Source: an uncultured Arcobacteraceae bacterium
GTDB taxonomy: Bacteria; Campylobacterota; Campylobacteria; Campylobacterales; Arcobacteraceae
NCBI GenBank assembly: GCA_963934755.1
Contig: CAWVZX010000001.1
Location: 1-36,421, forward strand
Direction of reading: 5' to 3'
Length of the DNA stretch: 36,421 bases
The number at the start of each line of letters is the position of its first letter. The first letter of the stretch is position 1. Position numbers and translations under genes: made by a program. This document shows positions 28,999 through 35,934 of the stretch, piece after piece. Under the pieces are notes generated by a model. That model was not told the origin of the DNA. It saw only the letters and a list, made by a program, of their open reading frames with translations, and did no database searches.

Positions 28999-29155
28999 TG
29001 TATGTCGATTTAATTTAATTTAATTTTTACTTTTACTCTGTTATGTCAATTATGTCAATTATTAATAATATATAATATTATAAAAAAATATAATACAAAT
29101 AGTTATTATAGTTCTCTATAGTAAAATTATTTTGTCATTTGACATTATGACAAAA
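28991..29155. other. Candidate replication origin
   Basis: Extremely AT-rich core (29059-29130). Left flank has ATGTC repeats (28991, 29002, 29043, 29052); right flank has inverted GACAT/TGACA copies (29141, 29148). Lies directly upstream of the primase-helicase. Confidence 0.5.
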
Positions 29156-29250
29156 GAGAAGAGGAACGAAGCCACACGATCCTCTTTCTCTAATGTCTTG
29201 ATTGTAAGTTAGTGTGACTTTCGCCTCCTATTTCTTACACCCAAACACAT
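29152..29250 (-). ncRNA. Two-hairpin structured RNA/terminator downstream of SSB with complementary loops
   Basis: Hairpin 1 at 29193-29250; hairpin 2 at 29155-29191 ending in a U run; apical AAGUCACAC is complementary to loop GUGUGGCUU. Confidence 0.55.
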
Positions 29251-29517
29251 TTAAAATGGTAGATCAGGACTAACTTCTTCTGATTTAGGCTCTTCCTTTT
29301 TAACCTCTACTGGTGCAACATATACATTTTGTAGTTTTAAAGACAAATATTTTTTACCAGCTTTAGATTCATTTACCCATGCAGAAATTTCTTGCATAGT
29401 TCCATCTTGTAGCTTGATGTCACCCTTATAATAAGGTTGATTGTTGTCTGGATTAGAGTCATTATTTCTAAAAAGACTTCCATTTCCCGGTTTGTGTTCA
29501 TAAGTTGATTCACTCAT
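29251..29517 (-). CDS. Single-stranded DNA-binding protein, small OB-fold (DUF736-like) (88 aa)
   Basis: GSLF.N......QP.Y.G......ISAW......G.KYLSL; acidic tail ending DLPF; located in the recombination module. Confidence 0.75.
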   Translation of the reverse strand: MSESTYEHKPGNGSLFRNNDSNPDNNQPYYKGDIKLQDGTMQEISAWVNESKAGKKYLSLKLQNVYVAPVEVKKEEPKSEEVSPDLPF

Positions 29518-29719
29518 TTTTTATAATTTTAATGTTTTGTTCCAAAAATTTTCGTGTTACAGAAAGAATTTGTCTTCTTTCCTTCCAACTACTGCAAGTG
29601 TTTGGAACATCCACTTGTATGTAAGTTGGTTTCGTTTTCTTTTTATATAAATTATATAATTTGTTTATCAATAAATGTATTGACATCATGAGTTGCTTTA
29701 TTACCAAAAAATTTTTCAT
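29510..29719 (-). CDS. Hypothetical protein (start uncertain, possibly 29688)
   Basis: Fills the gap between the exonuclease and SSB genes. Confidence 0.5.
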   Translation of the reverse strand: MKNFLVIKQLMMSIHLLINKLYNLYKKKTKPTYIQVDVPNTCSSWKERRQILSVTRKFLEQNIKIIKNE

Positions 29720-30461
29720 ATATTTTTGTTGCTTTTTCTACTTTTAATTTACCTCTTTCAATAGAATCAGGTGAAACAGGTCTCATTGACAACCTCATTG
29801 TTTGCTTGTCTATAATTAGAAACAACATTGGTTTATTAAATAATCGTTGATATATATAGCTTTGAGCATCATAATTGTAAGTAAAAAATGAATACCTAAA
29901 TTTAGTCATATCTGATGTAGTCTTTAAATCTATGACTGCACCATCACTATAGTTAATGACTTGCTCAATACCATCTTTATCTTCTGCTACTACTTGAAAT
30001 GCAGTATCTGTTACGATATCAGCTTTACCCTTCCACATGTTATTCATGATAGATTCTGTTCCTGGAACTTCAAACTTATTGTTCTTACTATATATAATAG
30101 AACTCATCTCTAAACTATCTTTCATAGTAGAAACTAAGTTATCTAAATGCTCTTGCTCTTTTCTAAGCAGAAGGATTTCACCTGGAGGACAAACTTCTTT
30201 ATATGCTTTTGTCGATCTAGATGCTACATCTACAATTTCATACTCATTTATTCTGTCTGGCTCAAGCATAGCAGTATGAAAGTAAGAGCCTTCAATAAGT
30301 GGTTTAGACTTTAATATGTCTTGTTTAAATAAATTAGGAGTAGTAAATAATACTCTTATGTCTGAGTATGATAAGAACTGCTTACCATAGTCACCATAAT
30401 AATTAACATCATCTTGGAGTTTATCCAATACTATTGCTTGTGGTTCCATAGGGCTATACAT
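29652..30461 (-). CDS. RecE/exonuclease VIII-like PD-(D/E)xK nuclease (DUF3799-like) (269 aa)
   Basis: LSYS.I...GSYFH..LEP...KGKAD...IDLKTT...Y.YD.Q..IY. Confidence 0.85.
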   Translation of the reverse strand: MYSPMEPQAIVLDKLQDDVNYYGDYGKQFLSYSDIRVLFTTPNLFKQDILKSKPLIEGSYFHTAMLEPDRINEYEIVDVASRSTKAYKEVCPPGEILLLRKEQEHLDNLVSTMKDSLEMSSIIYSKNNKFEVPGTESIMNNMWKGKADIVTDTAFQVVAEDKDGIEQVINYSDGAVIDLKTTSDMTKFRYSFFTYNYDAQSYIYQRLFNKPMLFLIIDKQTMRLSMRPVSPDSIERGKLKVEKATKIYEKFFGNKATHDVNTFIDKQII

Positions 30462-31068
30462 GTTTTTTAAGTTCTACTTTAACATTATCATCTATGACAT
30501 ACAAGTCTTTTTCTAACATCTCAATGATTTGTGATAATCCTTTGTCTTTGTGTTTAGCAATCCATCCTAAAACTATATCCCACTTTTCATCCTTAACCTT
30601 TAATGTCCATTTACCTTCTTTCTTTACTGGAGCTGGTTTATTAAATTCATCTTTCATTTGGTTGACATATCTATTATCATCCCACATACCTAAAAATATA
30701 TCTGCATTGAAACCTAGATGAGACATACCTTTTGTAAGTGCATCTGTAGTTACCTTTTTATAACACTCATCATCTAACTTTCCATTTCTTTGATGAGTTG
30801 CAATTGAAGAGTTTATGTCAAATTGACACTTTTCTCCATCTTGTATGTACCATAATACTGCTTGATATCCTAGTAAATGTTCTACTAGAGTATGAAATAC
30901 TTCATCTTTTACTCCCCAGCTTTTACCCTTTTGACCAAATGCTTCAGTCATACATTTTACTTGGTAGTGAGCATTAATAGATGTAAATTTTCTCCCAAAG
31001 TTTACTGTTTTAGTATACTTAGGATCGGTCTTTTGGACCGAGTTCCATAGTTTTAAATTGTTCTTCAT
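30454..31068 (-). CDS. Rad52/Sak-like single-strand annealing protein (204 aa)
   Basis: T.IN..YQ...MTE.FG..G..WG...YKK.TTDALTK..S.LG..ADIF; paired with the exonuclease and SSB. Confidence 0.75.
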   Translation of the reverse strand: MKNNLKLWNSVQKTDPKYTKTVNFGRKFTSINAHYQVKCMTEAFGQKGKSWGVKDEVFHTLVEHLLGYQAVLWYIQDGEKCQFDINSSIATHQRNGKLDDECYKKVTTDALTKGMSHLGFNADIFLGMWDDNRYVNQMKDEFNKPAPVKKEGKWTLKVKDEKWDIVLGWIAKHKDKGLSQIIEMLEKDLYVIDDNVKVELKKHV

Positions 31069-31475
31069 AATTTAGATTTAGATTTAACTTGATTTAATTT
31101 CTTTTTGTATTTAGTAAACTTAACCATGATAGCCTCTCTTCTGTTTTTTAAGTTCTGAATGTGCTTATCGTTTTTTCTAGTGTTTACTTCTTTTTTTATT
31201 CTTTCTTGAATTATATTTAGTTTATGCTCACAATTACTAATAGCTAATTGAATAACACCAACCTTCCAACCATGTATGTAGAAAAATTCATACTCATCTT
31301 TAGTACATACACTGAAATAGTCACCACCCTTACCCATATTGAGTATTTCTATCCTATCATTAAATTTTTGTATTTTACAACCCTTATTTATTATCGACTC
31401 ACCATGATGTAATCGAGTAATAATTGCTCTTGGATCGAGCATGGCTTCATTAAATATTTCAGTCAGTGTCGGCAT
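31065..31475 (-). CDS. Hypothetical protein with basic coiled-coil C-terminus (136 aa)
   Basis: Overlaps both neighbouring genes in the operon. Confidence 0.65.
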   Translation of the reverse strand: MPTLTEIFNEAMLDPRAIITRLHHGESIINKGCKIQKFNDRIEILNMGKGGDYFSVCTKDEYEFFYIHGWKVGVIQLAISNCEHKLNIIQERIKKEVNTRKNDKHIQNLKNRREAIMVKFTKYKKKLNQVKSKSKL

Positions 31476-31764
31476 TTTTGGTGGCTTGGTCTATAAAATT
31501 TTTATAATCGGAATCTTGTTCAATCATTTTCTTGGCTTGATTGTAGCCATACATAATATTGGAATGAGTTATGTTGTATCCATTTTCTTGTAAAAACCTT
31601 TGGATAAAACTAACTCTAATAGGTCTTTCTTTGCAGAGATAATATAATATCTGCCTTGCTTCGACAATGTCTTGTCTCTTTGTTTTGCTAAACATTTCAT
31701 CTAGTGTTAGATGGAATTGAGTGGCCACAGCTTGACTATATTTATCAAATATTTCTTTTTTCAT
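31459..31764 (-). CDS. Stand-alone DnaA C-terminal (domain IV) HTH-like protein (101 aa)
   Basis: VA..F.LT..EM.SK.KR..IV.ARQI.YYL.....HS.I.YG matches the Bac_DnaA_C pattern. Confidence 0.75.
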   Translation of the reverse strand: MKKEIFDKYSQAVATQFHLTLDEMFSKTKRQDIVEARQILYYLCKERPIRVSFIQRFLQENGYNITHSNIMYGYNQAKKMIEQDSDYKNFIDQATKNADTD

Positions 31765-31780
31765 GTAATTTTTTTAGAAA

Positions 31781-31856
31781 ATTAAAACCCACCCCATGTA
31801 TAACCGAGTTAAAAACCTGTCATACCAAGTTTATAATGTGGCGAGGTGGGAATTAA
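31781..31856 (-). ncRNA. Structured leader RNA/attenuator-like element
   Basis: CCCACCUCG/UGGGGUGGG outer stem enclosing a GUAUGAC/GUUAUAC stem, followed by UUUUAAUUUU. Confidence 0.5.
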
Positions 31857-31882
31857 CCTAGAATTAACTATCTAACTAACTT

Positions 31883-31948
31883 TTATATAAATAAAATTTC
31901 ATCATTGTCATCTTCATCTTCTGGATCGGGAGTATAATACTTTATCAT
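31883..31948 (-). CDS. 21-aa acidic peptide MIKYYTPDPEDEDDNDEILFI
   Basis: ATG with an A-rich leader 19 nt downstream of a TAGTTTTG promoter element; not in the ORF track. Confidence 0.55.
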   Translation of the reverse strand: MIKYYTPDPEDEDDNDEILFI

Positions 31949-31967
31949 TTATTGTCTTATATTTCCT

Positions 31968-31975
31968 CAAAACTA
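31968..31975 (-). promoter_or_regulatory. Bacteroidota -7 promoter element for the replication operon
   Basis: Plus-strand CAAAACTA reads TAGTTTTG on the minus strand; intergenic. Confidence 0.55.
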
Positions 31976-31984
31976 AACTTTTAT

Positions 31985-32185
31985 TTATTCAATACCTAAT
32001 TTTTTATTCCTTTTATTTATGGCTTTAGTGACTACATCCATGCCATGCTTAAACTTACCTTCATTAATTTTTTCTAACCATTTAGTTAATGCAATCCATT
32101 TAACCTGGAGGACATCTAATTTTTCTTTTGTTTCTTCTAATTCCCACTTGCACTCGGCAAGTACATCTAAACTTGTTTTTCTCAT
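31985..32185 (-). CDS. Hypothetical coiled-coil protein (66 aa)
   Basis: ORF with an A-rich leader. Confidence 0.65.
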   Translation of the reverse strand: MRKTSLDVLAECKWELEETKEKLDVLQVKWIALTKWLEKINEGKFKHGMDVVTKAINKRNKKLGIE

Positions 32186-32213
32186 TTTTTTTAATTTAAG
32201 TTAATATTTTTTT

Positions 32214-32501
32214 TTATTTTTTTCTTAGTACTTCTTTTCTAAACTTATAATAATCTTTCTTCCCATTTTTTAAACAATATTCATAATCTTTTTTCGCTAA
32301 TTTAAGTGCCTTAATTAAATCATTTACCATAAATATATTTAGTTGAGCATTTATATATTTAGGATTTCTTGGTTCAAGATGTTCCCAATCCTCTGCAATG
32401 TGCAAATTAAAAATAACTGCTTCAAATTCATTTCCTCCTACTTCAACATCAATCTCTATATCGTATGCTTCTGCTAATGGCACTTTATATGTTATTCCCA
32501 T
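32214..32501 (-). CDS. Hypothetical protein (95 aa)
   Basis: Preceded by an (AAATT)n leader. Confidence 0.7.
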   Translation of the reverse strand: MGITYKVPLAEAYDIEIDVEVGGNEFEAVIFNLHIAEDWEHLEPRNPKYINAQLNIFMVNDLIKALKLAKKDYEYCLKNGKKDYYKFRKEVLRKK

Positions 32502-32528
32502 TTTAATTTAATTTAATTTAATTTATAA

Positions 32529-32693
32529 TTATTTAATGCCACCATTTTTTATTTGATTTATGATGTCATTTATTAACTGATGATTTACCGACCATTTCTT
32601 TGCTTCGGCTTTGTCAAAAGTTTGCTCACACCTTGCCTTCATCATTTTAGACAAGATGTGTAACAACTCTAGCATGATATTTTTAGGACTCAT
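32529..32693 (-). CDS. Hypothetical protein (54 aa, MSPKNIMLELL...GGIK)
   Basis: Fills the gap exactly and overlaps the upstream stop; not in the ORF track. Confidence 0.6.
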   Translation of the reverse strand: MSPKNIMLELLHILSKMMKARCEQTFDKAEAKKWSVNHQLINDIINQIKNGGIK

Positions 32694-33012
32694 CCTCTTC
32701 TATTATACCCATTGCACATACACTGATTGAGTAGATACTATCATCTAACTCATCTACCATCAAATCATCACACCAATCTTTCCAAACTGCATCAGTGACA
32801 TCTTCTCTGTGCAGTCTGAACATTTTAGATTTCTTATAAAACATTAAATCCTTTGGATAATATTTCTTTTCTATCACAAGATAAGAGTTCTTAAATTTCT
32901 CTAGTTTTTGTTCAACTTTCTCTAATTTTTCTTCAGCTTGTTCTCTTGCTTCGGTTTCTTTTTTCAAAATCATTCTAAGAAATTGAATTTCAGTAAATTC
33001 TGTTTGTTCCAT
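32683..33012 (-). CDS. Hypothetical protein with N-terminal coiled coil (109 aa)
   Basis: Preceded by an (AAATT)n leader. Confidence 0.7.
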   Translation of the reverse strand: MEQTEFTEIQFLRMILKKETEAREQAEEKLEKVEQKLEKFKNSYLVIEKKYYPKDLMFYKKSKMFRLHREDVTDAVWKDWCDDLMVDELDDSIYSISVCAMGIIEEDES

Positions 33013-33034
33013 AATTTATTTAATTTAATTTAAG

Positions 33035-33673
33035 TTATACATTATTTGTTGATTCTACAATCTCTGCACAAAGTTCAGATGGAATTTTACTTCTATCAAA
33101 ATAGCTTCCTCGACCTTGAGTTCCACTTTGACTTCCTCTTGGTGCAGATACATGACAAGAGTCTCCATTCTTACACATAGGTTTAGGAGTCCAATAAGTA
33201 TTGTTGGTCCAGATGTCTGTTGGCTTCATCCTATCATCACCATACTGACAATAGGTTAAAGTGTGTCGGACATGGTCAACATCATTCCAATGAGAAGACT
33301 TTCTCATCTTGCCTCTTGGATTCTCTATGTACCAAATCATGTTAGGATTTTTCTTAAGGAGTATCTCTATTATCTTCATAGTTCTCATTAAGATGTTTAT
33401 TCCTTTGACTGCATTATTTGTCTTTGGCATAAACTCATGTCCTTTCTCCCAATGATGACCTATAGATGCTACAGAAAATGACTCACATGGTGGTGATGCC
33501 CATAACATATCTACTCTGTCAAAGTTGATTGAACTAACCTGGAAATCCATAATATCACAAACATAATTTGTTTTTGGGAAATCCACACAATCAGAAGAGA
33601 AGACTTTGTGCCCTCTCTTCTCTGCCTCTTTTCCTATGCTTCGGCTTCCACTAAAAAGTTCTACCACATTCAT
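33035..33673 (-). CDS. Short C5 cytosine methyltransferase-like protein (212 aa)
   Basis: ELFSGS (motif I variant), WASPPCESFS (motif IV), IENP (motif VI); no large TRD. Confidence 0.8.
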   Translation of the reverse strand: MNVVELFSGSRSIGKEAEKRGHKVFSSDCVDFPKTNYVCDIMDFQVSSINFDRVDMLWASPPCESFSVASIGHHWEKGHEFMPKTNNAVKGINILMRTMKIIEILLKKNPNMIWYIENPRGKMRKSSHWNDVDHVRHTLTYCQYGDDRMKPTDIWTNNTYWTPKPMCKNGDSCHVSAPRGSQSGTQGRGSYFDRSKIPSELCAEIVESTNNV

Positions 33674-34011
33674 TGTTTTCTTTTTAAGTGTTCAAACATT
33701 AACCACTCATCAAGTCTGTCCTCAATGTAGTGTTGTAAATCAAAACTTAAGTCAGTTAGATAGTCTTCATAGTACTTAGTGTGGTCAACTTCATTACATA
33801 GACTATACCAATCTTTAGGTAAATCAGTCTTGTAATCATCAATGATTTCTTCTTTGATTCTTTCTACCACCACAAGAGTTTGTCTTCTTACTAGTGGCAT
33901 ACTAAGGTGGAGGTAATGCTCTTCCATAGCTTGTAAGAAATCATCTTTGTCGATAACCTCTTTGTCATAAGCATCAAGATTAAACTTTAATGCTTCCATA
34001 AATTTGCTCAT
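33670..34011 (-). CDS. Hypothetical acidic protein (113 aa, MSKFMEAL...)
   Basis: The track start TTG 34035 lies inside the ribozyme stem; ATG 34011 has the typical AATAATT leader. Confidence 0.65.
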   Translation of the reverse strand: MSKFMEALKFNLDAYDKEVIDKDDFLQAMEEHYLHLSMPLVRRQTLVVVERIKEEIIDDYKTDLPKDWYSLCNEVDHTKYYEDYLTDLSFDLQHYIEDRLDEWLMFEHLKRKQ

Positions 34012-34022
34012 AATTATTTGTA

Positions 34023-34102
34023 TTAAGTTAAACAATGACTCCCAGATTAATGGGAGTTTCGTAGGTGTTTAAACCTTTACTCTTCAGATTGTTCTTTCTT
34101 AA
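34023..34102 (-). ncRNA. Hammerhead ribozyme, type I
   Basis: UUAAG-aaa-GAACAAU CUGAAGA [GUA-aa-GGU uuaaac ACC-UAC] GAAA [CUCCCA uuaauc UGGGAG] UC^ AUUGUUU-aa-CUUAA. Complete catalytic core and GUC cleavage triplet; predicted cut between 34037 and 34036. Confidence 0.93.
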
Positions 34103-34691
34103 ATTTACCTACTGCTTTATTAATCATTTTAGAAATGCCTTGTGCCTTTTCTTGTAAGTCTAAGATTTCATCTTGAGTCAAACTATTCTTAAAGTCTGTG
34201 TATTCTATTTCTTTAGACTCTCTTTGTCTTCTTAACAACTCTCCCTCAATACATTCTTTTGGAAATAACTCTTCCATTATTTTCTTCTCATCTCCGAACA
34301 TCCATTTAGTACCATTTTTAAGGAGGTCTTGTTTCTTCATATCCCCTAGCCAAGTATCCTTAAGTAATGTTTTGTAGGTTGGAATACTAATGTCTTTCCA
34401 TCCTTTTTTAGCTTTACCATCTTCATCCTCACACTTGTCATACAATCCACTCTTGGCATAGTCTCCTACAATAGCAATACTATCCCCTTGCCACCTACCA
34501 ATAATAGTAGATGGAATAGGTTCATATTTTTTATTGTACTCTATGTGTCCTTCTGCCAATAGCAAACCAAGTCCTTGCATGACTCCTTTACCACTTGCAA
34601 CAATCTCCCACAACTTTAGTCCATTGCCAAAGGTGTGAGGATTTATAAACTCTTTTTTTGTTTTGTTTATTACTTTAAAATATTGTCCCAT
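34077..34691 (-). CDS. Conserved phage hypothetical protein (204 aa)
   Basis: MGQY....N..KKE.I.P.....GLKL.E...GRW.GD.I..VGDY, a recurring phage early-gene pattern. Confidence 0.7.
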   Translation of the reverse strand: MGQYFKVINKTKKEFINPHTFGNGLKLWEIVASGKGVMQGLGLLLAEGHIEYNKKYEPIPSTIIGRWQGDSIAIVGDYAKSGLYDKCEDEDGKAKKGWKDISIPTYKTLLKDTWLGDMKKQDLLKNGTKWMFGDEKKIMEELFPKECIEGELLRRQRESKEIEYTDFKNSLTQDEILDLQEKAQGISKMINKAVGKFKKEQSEE

Positions 34692-34693
34692 AA

Positions 34694-34813
34694 TTATTGT
34701 TTTTGTTCTTTTATTAGTTTATTAATGTCTTGTACTATTTTGAATATATTGTCTCCAACATCTGCACCTTCAATAATCCATTCTATTTTTTCTATAAGTT
34801 CTTTTTTGTTCAT
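34694..34813 (-). CDS. Hypothetical protein (39 aa, MNKKELIEKIEW...)
   Basis: Fills the gap with TAA-TT-ATG spacing on both sides; not in the ORF track. Confidence 0.6.
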   Translation of the reverse strand: MNKKELIEKIEWIIEGADVGDNIFKIVQDINKLIKEQKQ

Positions 34814-34815
34814 AA

Positions 34816-35094
34816 TTATTTGTTTTTAGATAGGTTAGTAATAATGTGTGCCATTGTATTTAAATGGTTTTCTAGTGGAGAATTTTTGTGTTCATTTCCA
34901 TTCTCATCCAAGTGGATAAATGGGTTGTGTTTTGTAGGATCTTCCACAGCTGGTGGTGTAATTTCTCTGTCTACCACTTCCATAATTGTCTCATACAACA
35001 TTTCTGTTGTGACCTTGTCTAGAGGACAAGTTTCTAAGATAGCTTTTATCTCTGATAACTTGCTAATAGCAATTTGGTCTTTGTTTTTGTTCAT
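34816..35094 (-). CDS. Hypothetical protein (92 aa)
   Basis: ORF with an AU-rich leader. Confidence 0.65.
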   Translation of the reverse strand: MNKNKDQIAISKLSEIKAILETCPLDKVTTEMLYETIMEVVDREITPPAVEDPTKHNPFIHLDENGNEHKNSPLENHLNTMAHIITNLSKNK

Positions 35095-35127
35095 AGTTTA
35101 TTAAATTTAATTATCTGCATTATTGCA

Positions 35128-35175
35128 TTGAGATTAGGAGAGGAATCGAACCTCTCCCATGTTCCAAACTAATCT
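35128..35175 (-). ncRNA. tRNA-like minihelix (acceptor-like stem + T arm, no D or anticodon arms)
   Basis: AGAUUAG-uuuggaacaugg-GAGAGG-UUCGAUU-CCUCUC-CUAAUCU-CAA. Confidence 0.7.
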
Positions 35176-35807
35176 ATAGTACCACTTGTCATTCCTCTAT
35201 TCATATAGTATTCTTTCTCCTTACTTATCTCTTCATCTGATTGTTGAGAATCTATAGTGAATAACACATCTTCTTGGATGTAGTTTTCTCTCCACTGATT
35301 TAAGTCCAAGTGCATCATTGCACCACCATCATTACCCTCATCATCAGTCTGAGGAACTAAACAAGTACCATCATCTAACCACATTGCAAGTGGAGATTTG
35401 TACCATCCAAAGTCTGAACATTCTTTTGGATTTAAGTGTCTTACATTAACAATCTTTCTACCAATTAGATGTGTGAATCTTGTTCTATACTTATTGTGAG
35501 GTAGGTTTTCCACATACTCTTGAGCATTCTTTTTTAACTCTCTAAGCATTGCATTAACTTGATTTGGTTCTCTTGAGTATTGTCTACCATAAAGTCCTAA
35601 CTTATAGGTGTTCTTAGCTTCTTTAATAAGTAGTCTAGCAGTTACCCATTCTCCAATAGTGTTATTGTAGTACCCTTGCTTACTGATGAATTTCTTTGGA
35701 TTCTTTCCTTGAGCAATCCATACTTGTTCTCTAATGTCTTTTAGAGTAAAAGGTTTGTTGTCGAACTTATCTAATAAGTTGACAAAGATTTGTTGTTTGA
35801 TTTTCAT
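35169..35807 (-). CDS. Hypothetical two-domain protein (212 aa)
   Basis: Basic, wHTH-like N-terminal half; C-terminal half L.GRKIV.VR.L...E....GW...P....LDDG....P..DDEGNDGGA. Confidence 0.7.
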   Translation of the reverse strand: MKIKQQIFVNLLDKFDNKPFTLKDIREQVWIAQGKNPKKFISKQGYYNNTIGEWVTARLLIKEAKNTYKLGLYGRQYSREPNQVNAMLRELKKNAQEYVENLPHNKYRTRFTHLIGRKIVNVRHLNPKECSDFGWYKSPLAMWLDDGTCLVPQTDDEGNDGGAMMHLDLNQWRENYIQEDVLFTIDSQQSDEEISKEKEYYMNRGMTSGTID

Positions 35808-35809
35808 GA

Positions 35810-35932
35810 TTAAAATATTGTGTTAAGAGTTATAAATGTAATTCCTATAATATCAAAGAATAGTAATGTGTAGACTATACAAGCTATTAAAGGGTTAGTG
35901 TCTTTCCAAAGTGTAATTATAAAGTGTTTCAT
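35810..35932 (-). CDS. Small membrane peptide (40 aa, MKHFIITLWKDTNPLIACIVYTLLFFDIIGITFITLNTIF)
   Basis: Fills the gap with 2-nt spacers; single long hydrophobic helix; not in the ORF track. Confidence 0.6.
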   Translation of the reverse strand: MKHFIITLWKDTNPLIACIVYTLLFFDIIGITFITLNTIF

Positions 35933-35934
35933 AG

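Noticed and set aside
34635-35104. + strand ORFs 34635-34829 and 34730-35104
   Set aside because: Antisense to a tightly packed - strand operon; Phe/Ile-rich composition is a mirror of Lys/Glu/Asn codons
35128-35175. Canonical tRNA gene
   Set aside because: No D arm or anticodon arm; reported as a tRNA-like element instead
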